Of a stretch of 21,084 bases of DNA, positions 1 to 9,287 are shown one piece after another. How positions within the stretch are numbered: the stretch's first letter is position 1; every line of letters begins with the position of its first letter. The stretch covers positions 1-21,084 of the forward strand of contig NIVC01000220.1 of the NCBI GenBank assembly GCA_002269645.1, in the 5' to 3' direction. The position numbers and the translations under genes were made by a program. The notes below the pieces were generated by a model. The model made no database searches, was not told the origin of the DNA, and saw only the letters and a program-made list of their open reading frames with translations. Source of the stretch: Macrostomum lignano. Its lineage: Eukaryota.

Positions 1-2482
1 TGGCTCCAAATGAAGGGATTGGCGTAGAGAAATCGGGACCCAATGCTTCAGGCTCCATTCTAGAGCCTTAAGTTCACATGAAATCCACATTTATCCCCTT
101 TCTCCCCACAGAGATCCCCAAACGCTAAAGTGGTCGGGTTTTCGGCATAACGGGAGCCATTTGGCTCCAAATGAAGGGATTGGCGTAGAGAAATCGGGAC
201 CCAATGCTTCAGGCTCCATTCTAGAGCCTTAAGTTCACATGAAATCCACATTTATCCCCTTTCTCCCCACAGAGATCCCCAAACGCTAAAGTGGTCGGGT
301 TTTCGGCATAACATGAGCCATTTGGCTCCAAATGAAGGGATTGGCGTAGAGAAATCGGGACCCAATGCTTCAGGCTCCATTCTAGAGCCTTAAGTTCACA
401 TGAAATCCACATTTATCCCCTTTCTCCCCACAGAGATCCCCAAACGCTAAAGTGGTCGGGTTTTCGGCATAACGGGAGCCATTTGGCTCCAAATGAAGGG
501 ATTGGCGTAGAGAAATCGGGACCCAATGCTTCAGGCTCCATTCTAGAGCCTTAAGTTCACATGAAATCCACATTTATCCCCTTTCTCCCACAGAGATCCC
601 AAACGCTAAAGTGGTCGGTTTTCGGCATAACGGGAGCCATTTGGCTCCAAATGAAGGATTGGCGTAGAGAAATCGGGACCAATGCTTCAGGCTCCATTCT
701 AGAGCCTTAAGTTCACATGAAATCCACATTTATCCCCTTTCTCCCCACAGAGATCCCAAACGCTAAAGTGGTCGGGTTTTCGGCATAACGGGAGCCATTT
801 GGCTCCAAATGAAGGGATTGGCGTAGAGAAATCGGGACCCAATGCTTCAGGCTCCATTCTAGAGCCTTAAGTTCACATGAAATCCACATTTATCCCCTTT
901 CTCCCCACAGAGATCCCCAAACGCTAAAGTGGTCGGTTTTCGGCATAACGGGAGCCATTTGGCTCCAAATGAAGGGATTGGCGTAGAGAAATCGGGACCC
1001 AATGCTTCAGGCTCCATTCTAGAGCCTTAAGTTCACATGAAATCCACATTTATCCCCTTTCTCCCCACAGAGATCCCCAAACGCTAAAGTGGTCGGGTTT
1101 TCGGCATAACGGGAGCCATTTGGCTCCAAATGAAGGGATTGGCGTAGAGAAATCGGGACCCAATGCTTCAGGCTCCATTCTAGAGCCTTAAGTTCACATG
1201 AAATCCACATTTATCCCCTTTCTCCCCACAGAGATCCCCAAACGCTAAAGTGGTCGGGTTTTCGGCATAACGGGAGCCATTTGGCTCCAAATGAAGGATT
1301 GGCGTAGAGAAATCGGGACCCAATGCTTCAGGCTCCATTCTAGAGCCTTAAGTTCACATGAAATCCCCATTTATCCCCTTTCTCCCTACAGAGATCCCCA
1401 AACGCTAAAGTGGTCGGGTTTTCGGCATAACGGGAGCCATTTGGCTCCAAATGAAGGATTGGCGTAGAGAAATCGGGACCCAATGCTTCAGGCTCCATTC
1501 TAGAGCCTTAAGTTCACATGAAATCCACATTTATCCCCTTTCTCCCACAGAGATCCCCAAACGCTAAAGTGGTCGGGTTTTCGGCATAACGGGAGCCATT
1601 TGGCTCCAAATGAAGGGATTGGCGTAGAGAAATCGGGACCCAATGCTTCAGGCTCCATTCTAGAGCCTTAAGTTCACATGAAATCCCCATTTATCCCTTT
1701 TCTCCCCACAGAGATCCCCAAACGCTAAAGTGGTCGGGTTTTCGGCATAACGGGAGCCATTTGGCTCCAAATGAAGGGATTGGCGTAGAGAAATCGGGAC
1801 CCAATGCTTCAGGCTCCATTCTAGAGCCTTAAGTTCACATGAAATCCACATTTATCCCCTTTCTCCCCACAGAGATCCCCAAACGCTAAAGTGGTCGGGT
1901 TTTCGGCATAACGGGAGCCATTTGGCTCCAAATGAAGGGATTGGCGTAGAGAAATCGGGACCCAATGCTTCAGGCTCCATTCTGGAGCCTTAAGTTCACA
2001 TGAAATCCACATTTATCCCCTTTCTCCCCACAGAGATCCCCAAACGCTAAAGTGGTCGGGTTTTCGGCATAACGGGAGCCATTTGGCTCCAAATGAAGGG
2101 ATTGGCGTAGAGAAATCGGGACCCAATGCTTCAGGCTCCATTCTAGAGCCTTAAGTTCACATGAAATCCCCATTTATCCCCTTTCTCCCCACAGAGATCC
2201 CCAAACGCTAAAGTGGTCGGGTTTTCGGCATAACGGGAGCCATTTGGCTCCAAATGAAGGGATTGGCGTAAAGAAATCGGGACCAATGCTTCAGGCTCCA
2301 TTCTAGAGCCTTAAGTTCACATGAAATCCCCATTTATCCCTTTCTCCCCACAGAGATCCCCAAACGCTAAAGTGGTCGGGTTTTCGGCATAACGGGAGCC
2401 ATTTGGCTCCAAATGAAGGGATTGGCGTAAAGAAATCGGGACCCAATGCTTCAGGCTCCATTCTGACTCTTAAGTTCATATG
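1..2482. repeat. 161-bp tandem satellite array, ~15.4 near-identical copies, open at the left window edge
   Basis: Unit CTAGAGCCTTAAGTTCACATGAAATCC...CAGGCTCCATT recurs at 60, 221, 382 and onward (period 161). Differences are mostly 1-nt homopolymer indels. The array stops at ...CTTAAGTTCATATG (2482). Confidence 0.98.
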
Positions 2483-3030
2483 CCCTTTAAGGCAAAAGGG
2501 GTCGAATACGAGATAGTACGAGCGTATTCACAAATTTGAGCGATATTCGCTCAACATTTGAGAATATAATTTCTGTGCTTTGCAGCGACCTGAATGCAGA
2601 TGACTTCGTCGCATCTAAGCTGACAGCGGACAATATGATGCTCGCCATCAATGTCCCGCCGGTCTGCGCCGCCCGCTTCACTGCAGAGTTGATATTTAAA
2701 CATATCAACAAGGTTCTGCAGTCGGACTCCAGTGTCTTGGGCAACAACTTTAAATTGTTTTTACTCAAGGCCTGGGTCCCGCGGGGCGGCTGCGGCAGCC
2801 TAGATGCGGCGGAGCGCCACATCCAGGCACGCCATTCAATGGGCTATAATTACGTTGTCATTGCCAACCGCGACAAGCGGTGCCTTATCCGGGCGCTGAT
2901 TGTCGCCAAGGCATACGCCGATCTGCAGGCCAAGGCCATCACTAAGCGGGCTTGGCGGACTATCAAAGCCGACTCCTCACTGCAGACGAAGCTGACTGGG
3001 GAGCTTCAGATTGCTGCCAATCCGTATTCG

Positions 3031-3112
3031 GTGAGTAAAAATGTTCTTGCACATTTTAATTTGCATTTTTATTAATATACAAATGTTTTAGTCTTTATCA
3101 ACCATTGCACAG
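3031..3112 (+). other. Spliceosomal intron 1 of pPolB (82 nt, phase 0)
   Basis: GTGAGT donor, TTGCACAG acceptor, ~26% GC between GC-rich coding segments. A further 1-nt frameshift near 3140 is needed to join the 3157 ORF. Confidence 0.75.
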
Positions 3113-5048
3113 GCCGGGCCTTTCTGGGTTGACGTGCTCCTCAACTGCTCGCCGCCATGAACGCTCAGTCACCCGGCCGGGATTTCGGCGTTCGTGTGTA
3201 CAGTGCTGAGGGAGGCAACACGTGTGTGTATGCCCTGCCCGGCAACACGGTGCTGAATCTGCACCTAATTGGCGAACACTTTAACGCGGTGTGCAAGGTA
3301 CCGCCATTTTTCGGTGCTCGCCGCTATTGTGAAAGCTGCCAGCAGCCGTACGACTGCGTGTCTGGAGAACACAAGTGCGCCAACACCTGCCCTCAGTGTA
3401 AAGTGCCCGGCTCCAATTGCAAGAGCCTGCGGTGTGACTATAAGCGCTGCGCTGATTGTGGCCTCAAGTGCTACAATCAGCAGTGCTTTAACAATCACCG
3501 CCAAAAAAACCGAGCCGGCAGGTCTCGCTGCAGCTCCATACGCGTCTGCTCCAAATGCGGATATTTGGAGGAGATGAAAGCGGGCCAGAAGGAGCCGGAG
3601 CACAAGTGCGGGCATGTCAAGTGCCCACTGTGTAAACAGTACGACGAGGCCGGCTCACATTTGTGTTTCGTCAAGGCTCCCAAAGTGAAAGCTTCGACTA
3701 TGCCGTACGTGTTCTACGATACGGAAACGTACACGGACGAGGAGAAGCAGCATCACGTGCATCTGGTGACTGCCGTCACGTGCTGCGAGACCTGCTCCGG
3801 CCGGGCGTTTCCGCGCGAGACTTGCCGCCTCTGCAATGGCCTGCATAGCGCCGCCAATTGTCTGACTGGCCGCGATCTGGGGGAGGAATTCTCCAATTGC
3901 GTCAGCCACTCAGACTGCGCCTGCCAAATGGCCGATTTTGTGGCTGTGGGCCCGGCCTCGCTGAATGCGTTTTTCGCCTGGCTGAGCACAGCTTTCCGTG
4001 GCGGCGCCATTGTTGTCGCGCACAATGCATCAGGCTATGATGCGTTTCTACTGCTTGGCGCTCTGCTCAACGGCCTGGCCAAGAAGCGGCCCCAAGTACT
4101 GTTCCAGGGTAGCCGGCTAATGAGCATGACGGTGGATAAATTGGTATTTAAAGATTCGTTAAACTTTATACCAATCCCGCTTGCGCAATTCCCCAAAGCG
4201 CTGGGGCTCGCTGACACAAAGCTGGCCAAGGGGACGTTTCCCCACGAGTTCAACAAGCCGGCTAATTGGAACTACGTGGGCCCCTACCCGGCTATTGAAT
4301 ATTATGGCGGCAAAGCAAACAATGACTACGACTCCATCTGTGCTTGGCTGGCCTCGCGACAGGGCGAGTTGTTCAACTTTAATCGGGAGTATCTCGATTA
4401 TTGTTTGAGTGACACAGTCCTGCTTCGCGAGGGCTGCATCAAGTACAGGGCAATAATTGGCGACATTTGCGACGGCCTGGAACCGTTTGTTCAGGCCAAT
4501 ACGATTGCCAGTTTGGCAATGGCCGTATTTACTACTAAATTCATGGAGCCCAACTCGGTCGGCGTGATTGCCCGGCAGGCCGACCAGCAGTCATTCAAGG
4601 CGCGCAAGTAACTGGCCTATTTGAATGCCACCGAATTTGGCGGGCGGCTGCGCACCTGCGACTCGACTGGCGGCGAGGCGGTCATTCTCGGCCGCAAGGT
4701 GGACGGCTTTGATGAGGCTAGCAACACTGTTTTGCAGTTTCTTGGTTGTTTCTACCATGGCTGCGAGCAGTGCATGCCCGATCAGGATGTCGTCCACCCG
4801 CTCTGAGCCACATTCGCCACGAAACCGAGTGGTTCACTCGCGAGTTGGAGCGGCATAATTACAGTGTTCGTACAATTTGGGAACATGAATACGACGCTGT
4901 ATTGGCATCGCAGGCCGATTTTATCGCCGCAACTGCCCATCTGCGCGCTCCACTCAAGATGGAGGATGCGCTCTATGGCGGCCGCGTAGAGTGTTTTATC
5001 CCGCATGCTGTGGCCAGCGAGACTGAGACGCTCAAATATCGGGATGTG

Positions 5049-5130
5049 GTGAGTAGTGATACTACTAATATAGTAGAATATTTTGTAAAAATACAGTTTA
5101 TGAAAAATAATGCTTTATTTCAACTTGCAG
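5049..5130 (+). other. Spliceosomal intron 2 of pPolB (82 nt, phase 0), inside motif A
   Basis: GTGAGT...ACTTGCAG. Removal gives KYRDV-VSLYPTV, restoring the DxxSLYP motif. Confidence 0.93.
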
Positions 5131-5685
5131 GTCTCTCTGTACCCGACGGTGCAGTCGAAAGACCCATACCCGATTGGCCACCCGGTGCAACATCCGACGC
5201 CGCAGACGCTCAACTCTGACGCGCTGGCCAGCTACTTTAATTGGCATTGCCAAAGTGACTGTGCTACCGCCGTCGGATTTGCATATTCCGCTGCTGCCGT
5301 ACAGGGTGCAAAAGAAGCTCTTTTTTGGGCTTTGCCGCACCTGTATGGAGCAGCAGTGCGGTGGCGAGTGCTGCGACCACTCAGACGAGGAACGGGCGCT
5401 GACTGGCACCTGGGCAACGCCGGAGCTGCAAAAGGCCTTCCAGTTGGGCTACCGTCTGCAGGCTGTTCACGCGCTAGCCTACTGGACAGAGAAGCGGACC
5501 GGTCTATTCGGTGATTACGTGAATGCCTTCCTGAAGCTGAAGGCCGAATCGAGCGGCTCCCCCGGCATGTCGGATGAAGATAAGGCGGTCTATATTGCCG
5601 ATTTCTTCGCCAAGGAGGGCGTCACGCTGGACAAGGTCGAACCCAACCCAGGACTTCGCTTTGTAGCGAAAATCTTTTTGAATTC

Positions 5686-5757
5686 GTAAGTATTCATAAA
5701 TTTTGTTTTTTAAATGATTTTCTTCTACTAACAGTAGCTTTTCTTTTCACTACACAG
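5686..5757 (+). other. Spliceosomal intron 3 of pPolB (72 nt, phase 2), inside motif B
   Basis: GTAAGT...CTACACAG. Removal gives KIFLN-S(TC|G)-LWGKF, in frame with the 5807 ORF. Confidence 0.94.
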
Positions 5758-6045
5758 GCTCTGGGGCAAATTTTGTCAGCGTGACGACCTGACATCGACC
5801 GAGATTGTGTCCAGCTACGAGGACTGGCTCGCCCGGCTGACCGACCCCAACCTCAAAGTCAAGGCCTGCGAACCGATTGGCAGCGAGTTTATGCTGCTAG
5901 AGTACCGGCACCGTTACTTTAATCAGCGGCCATTCAGGTACTCCAATGTGCCAATCGGAGTCTTTACGACCACGCAGGCCCGGCTGCGCCTGTACGAGGC
6001 ATTGGAGGGGCTCGGCGAACGGGCCATTTACTGCGACACTGACTC

Positions 6046-6130
6046 GTAAGTATTGCATTGGAAAAATTCTTTTAGAATTGAATAGTTAGCATGTGGAACT
6101 AATTATCTCGTTTTTCTCTCCCCCACACAG
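6046..6130 (+). other. Spliceosomal intron 4 of pPolB (85 nt, phase 2), at the end of motif C
   Basis: GTAAGT...CCACACAG. Removal gives YCDTD-S(TC|G)-VVYRH, continuing to SLGMWTDE. Confidence 0.94.
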
Positions 6131-6538
6131 GGTCGTTTACCGGCATTCCGAGGGCCAATGGGAGCCGCCCCATGGCACGAGCCTCGGAATGTGGACCGAT
6201 GAGGTGCCCGCAGGCAGCCGGATGACCGACTTTGTAAGTGGGGGCCCAAGCTCTACACTTACATTGTCGAGGATGCGGCCGGTGTCCGCAGCCAAGTCCT
6301 GAAATGCAAGGGCATCCGCCTGACTCCGGAGATACGGGAGCGTAGCGATGACTTGCGCAACACCCTGCTACACGGCGGCTCTCTGCAGCTGCCGCAGTTT
6401 CAGTTCAGGCGCGACAAGGCGTCTTGTACCATACACACGATCAGTATGGACAAGACGTTTCAGCGCGTGCTGACGAAACGCGTGTACGGGGCCTGCAGCA
6501 GGCCTTATGGCTATAAATAATGCTGACTGACAATTCAA

Positions 6539-7260
6539 TGTACATTTTGCATTATAAAATTAGTAAAATCTATTTGTTGTACATAATTTGCATATCAATG
6601 TACATAAAGCATTTTTGCATTGTAGCTCGTACTATTGCCAAATTTATCAGCGTGAATCTATTTGTTGTACATAATTCATGTACATAAAGTATTTTTGTAT
6701 TGTATGCGGTGAAATTGCCTATGTAATTACGAGTATCTATTGTACATATTTTGCGTGTCAGACCTGCTTAAAATCATTTATGAAGAGAAAAATATTGAAA
6801 AACAATGTAAAATTTTCCGTTTATTCTATTTGCTGGTAATGTACATAAATTTTTTCCTGTAATATGCTACTGATTTATTGTAAATATATCTTCTTTGTAA
6901 ATAGTTTATATACGATGTGAGCTGTACAATTAGTTGACTCATTTAGATGAGATTGTACACCAATTCTCACCTCTGCGAACAACTGTACATGTAGTAGGGT
7001 TTCGAGTTGTACATGTAATCTTGGTGATTCATACAGAGCGCGCCGGCCGTCTGGGGAAGACACTGTACATGTAGATTAATGTAGAAGTATGTACTGCGTA
7101 CATATAGAATTGGGGATAGAACATGTACAATTTGGGATAGATAGGGATTAATGTACATGGGATTAATGTACATATCCATTTGAGATAGATAGGGATTAAT
7201 GCAGTACATGGATTAATGTACATATGCAAGTACATATAGAAATATGCTATGTATACATAT
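6539..7260 (+). repeat. AT-rich TGTACA/TGTACATA-dense region with short internal duplications (putative pPolB 3' UTR or flank)
   Basis: About 16 TGTACA hexamers in ~700 bp. Duplicated blocks at ~6566-6624 vs ~6656-6704 and ~7131-7178 vs ~7180-7228. Confidence 0.8.
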
Positions 7261-7631
7261 TTCACGCTTAGAATAGCGTTTTCATATACTACTTACTTCA
7301 TTTTCAAATAGTAGTATAATTTGCGTTTTTTGCGTCAAATCTGTCTAAAAATCGACAACAATCTGCACGATACGTAGTCTTAAAACTACAAATTTTATTA
7401 ATGATTTCCAGAACTGGCTTGTTACAGGCGGTCCAGGTGCTGAGTTAAGACGTTCAGTTAGACTTGCCATAAACAGTCAAAGATTAAATACAAATATTTT
7501 AAGTTCAGTTTTGCCGGTAAAAGTGTCACAACACGCTCAAAATCCCATTCAAGCAAGCATCAGTGTTTAATAAGTAAACACATTCGTGTCTTAAATCAGA
7601 TAACAAGTGACAGTTGAAGGTTTTTAGATGT

Positions 7632-7789
7632 TGTTGTGGGTTGATGGCTTTGCCATAGACATTTTTGTTACGCGACTGCGTTGATGAATTGAACCATGCT
7701 ATTGAGTTATGAAATAAATAATAGACGCGTCAGAGGTCAACAGACCGCTAGACTGACAATTGCTTAAGACTAAAGCCAAAAGCACAACA
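7632..7789 (+). mobile_element. 5' LTR of a Ty3/Gypsy retrotransposon (158 bp)
   Basis: Begins TGTTGTG and ends CACAACA (perfect 7-bp terminal inverted repeat), has an internal AATAAA, and is followed by a PBS-like sequence and gag. No second LTR in the window. Confidence 0.75.
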
Positions 7790-7790
7790 G

Positions 7791-7805
7791 TGGCGTCGGC
7801 AAGCA
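7791..7805 (+). promoter_or_regulatory. Degenerate primer-binding site (tRNA-Ser-like)
   Basis: TGGCGTCGGCAAGCA, 1 nt after the LTR end. Resembles the tRNA-Ser complement TGGCGTAGTCGGCAGGA with a 3-nt deletion. Confidence 0.55.
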
Positions 7806-7817
7806 TAGGCTACGAAA

Positions 7818-8414
7818 ATGCCTGGAAGTACGCCAGCATCGCCAACTAAAGGAGTTGGTAAAACGGTTTCGAGCGACAAAGCACCACCGCTTGCGATCTC
7901 GTCGAAATCAGTCCAAGCGACAAAGTCGGCAACAGCGACAGCGCAGAACCCAAGCGCACAAGTATCGAGAGGACAGCAAGTTGACATCGAAAAACTCGAT
8001 GAAAGTTCGAACTTCCAGAGGTGGTTGGACCGATTCACACTGTGCAGCGAACTCAACGGCTGGCAGGACGACACGAAAAATAAGCTGCTGCTGATTAAGC
8101 TCAGTACCAAGCTGTACGACGCATTGGCAGATCGAGCCGCTCCCAAGAAGCCGGGAGAAAAGAGCTTCGATGAACTGACCAAACTACTGGCCAGCATCCT
8201 GGAACCAAAGACGTTCGTCATGGCTGAGAGATTCAATTTCCAGCATATCACTCGCACGGCATCAATGAGCATTCGTGAGTATGCACAGCAACTCTGCATG
8301 CAGGCAGACAAGTGTCAGTTTGGCCTATCCAGAGATGAGAGACTGAGAGAAAATTTAAACCTTTCAATCATTCGAAATCATGATCCTTGCCCCATCACCT
8401 TCATGCAACCTTGA
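7818..8414 (+). mobile_element. gag: Truncated Ty3/Gypsy (Mag/K02A2.6-like) gag ORF
   Basis: FQRWLDRF...KLYDALADRAAPKKPGEKSFDELTKLL...EPKTFVMAERFNF...SIREYAQQL...ADKCQFG...ERLRE matches the Mag-type Gag pattern. Similarity ends at ~8360. No zinc knuckle or pol. Confidence 0.82.
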
Positions 8415-9287
8415 CTGGCCGTGCCAATACTCATACCGAATAGAGCAGCATCACAACAGAGTCCGAAGTGACACGCCATAAGCCCACAGAAATCCGACGT
8501 CTGTCCTCATCAATAGGATGTCTGCAGCGTCAGTAGCTCCCGCACCGCGGCTATACTGGATTGAAAAAACTTGAGAACGATCCAAGGACCAAGTTTTTCT
8601 TCGAACTATTGTTTTCTGAGATTGAATTCAATTTTTTTAATTCTGCCATCCACACTGCTTTTTGCTCCGGAAGTATTTGTGTCCGTTACCAGGAAATGAG
8701 CTTGCTGCATGCCCTCACAATGCATTTTGTTATCTTCCTCAGCAAGTACCTTTTTACAGGTAGAGTTCCGGAAGATTGCAGGCTGGAATACGTGAGCCCC
8801 GATGTCTCCGGAGGTGCATCAGTAGCGTCAGCAGTTCCCAGGGATGTGGAGACTAGGTACTGGATTGTTGACGATAAATCTGTGGTGAATTTGCATGCTC
8901 TATGCGATTATTTAACGTATAAAATGCACTGATTTACTACATCTATCAGTAAGAAAATGTACATGCACATTGAGCACTAGCTTATTAGGTGAGAGCCAAC
9001 CTCTCCTTTCCTCTCAACTCGACTTAATTTATTTGGCGAGCAAAAATCGTCTTGACACGATTGAAGGGAACTTTCTTCTCCAAAAAAACTTCTTTTACGT
9101 AGATTCTATGCTCATAAAATTGTCAATCTTCTTCTGCATTGCAGGTATCCAAAAGTTAATTAGACCGAAACTCAAAATATTGTCCAACAGAATGTTACTT
9201 TTGCCTCTAGCTCTAGAACTTATTATTTTCAGATCGTTTTCATGCTGTTTGGCCTCGAAGCTGCTTGTCCGTCCTTACAAGACTCAA

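Larger units (their letters stand above)
2480..6520 (+). pseudogene. polB: Protein-primed family B DNA polymerase (Polinton/Maverick/adintovirus-type pPolB), 5 exons, disrupted by ~5 frameshifts and 1 in-frame stop
   Basis: Exons ~2480-3030, 3113-5048, 5131-5685, 5758-6045, 6131-6520 (3720 nt). Motifs: ExoI FYDTET, ExoII AHNASGYD, KDSLNF, FPHEFN, ExoIII YCLSDT, YGGRVE, motif A YRDV|VSLYP, motif B KIFLNS|LWGKF, motif C YCDTDS|V, GGPKLY, KCKGI, C-terminal KRV...PYGYK*. Cys-rich N-terminal region. The 5' start at 2480 is uncertain. Confidence 0.92.

Noticed and set aside
60-2173. Repeated 63-67 aa minus-strand ORFs (MWISCELK...)
   Set aside because: By-products of the 161-bp unit (not a multiple of 3), with non-ATG starts, broken by indels in many units, and no recognisable domain.
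1-2482. CRISPR array
   Set aside because: Whole units are identical with no variable spacers, there are no cas genes, and the context is eukaryotic.
4608-4613. GTAACT as a fifth intron donor at the in-frame stop
   Set aside because: The downstream sequence is GC-rich and continues in frame as conserved protein (LAYLN...KVDG), with no AT-rich intron body or acceptor.
2487-5417. Antisense and alternative-frame ORFs over pPolB
   Set aside because: Shadows of GC-rich coding sequence with no motifs.
6875-7265. ORFs such as MYCINPYLSQMDMYINP...
   Set aside because: Translations of the TGTACA-rich repeats.
8524-8932. 123-aa ORF 8561-8932 and short similarity between ~8524-8562 and ~8820-8870 (GCGTCAG...TACTGGATTG)
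   Set aside because: Non-ATG start, AT-rich intron-like first half, and no recognisable family. The match is too short to interpret.
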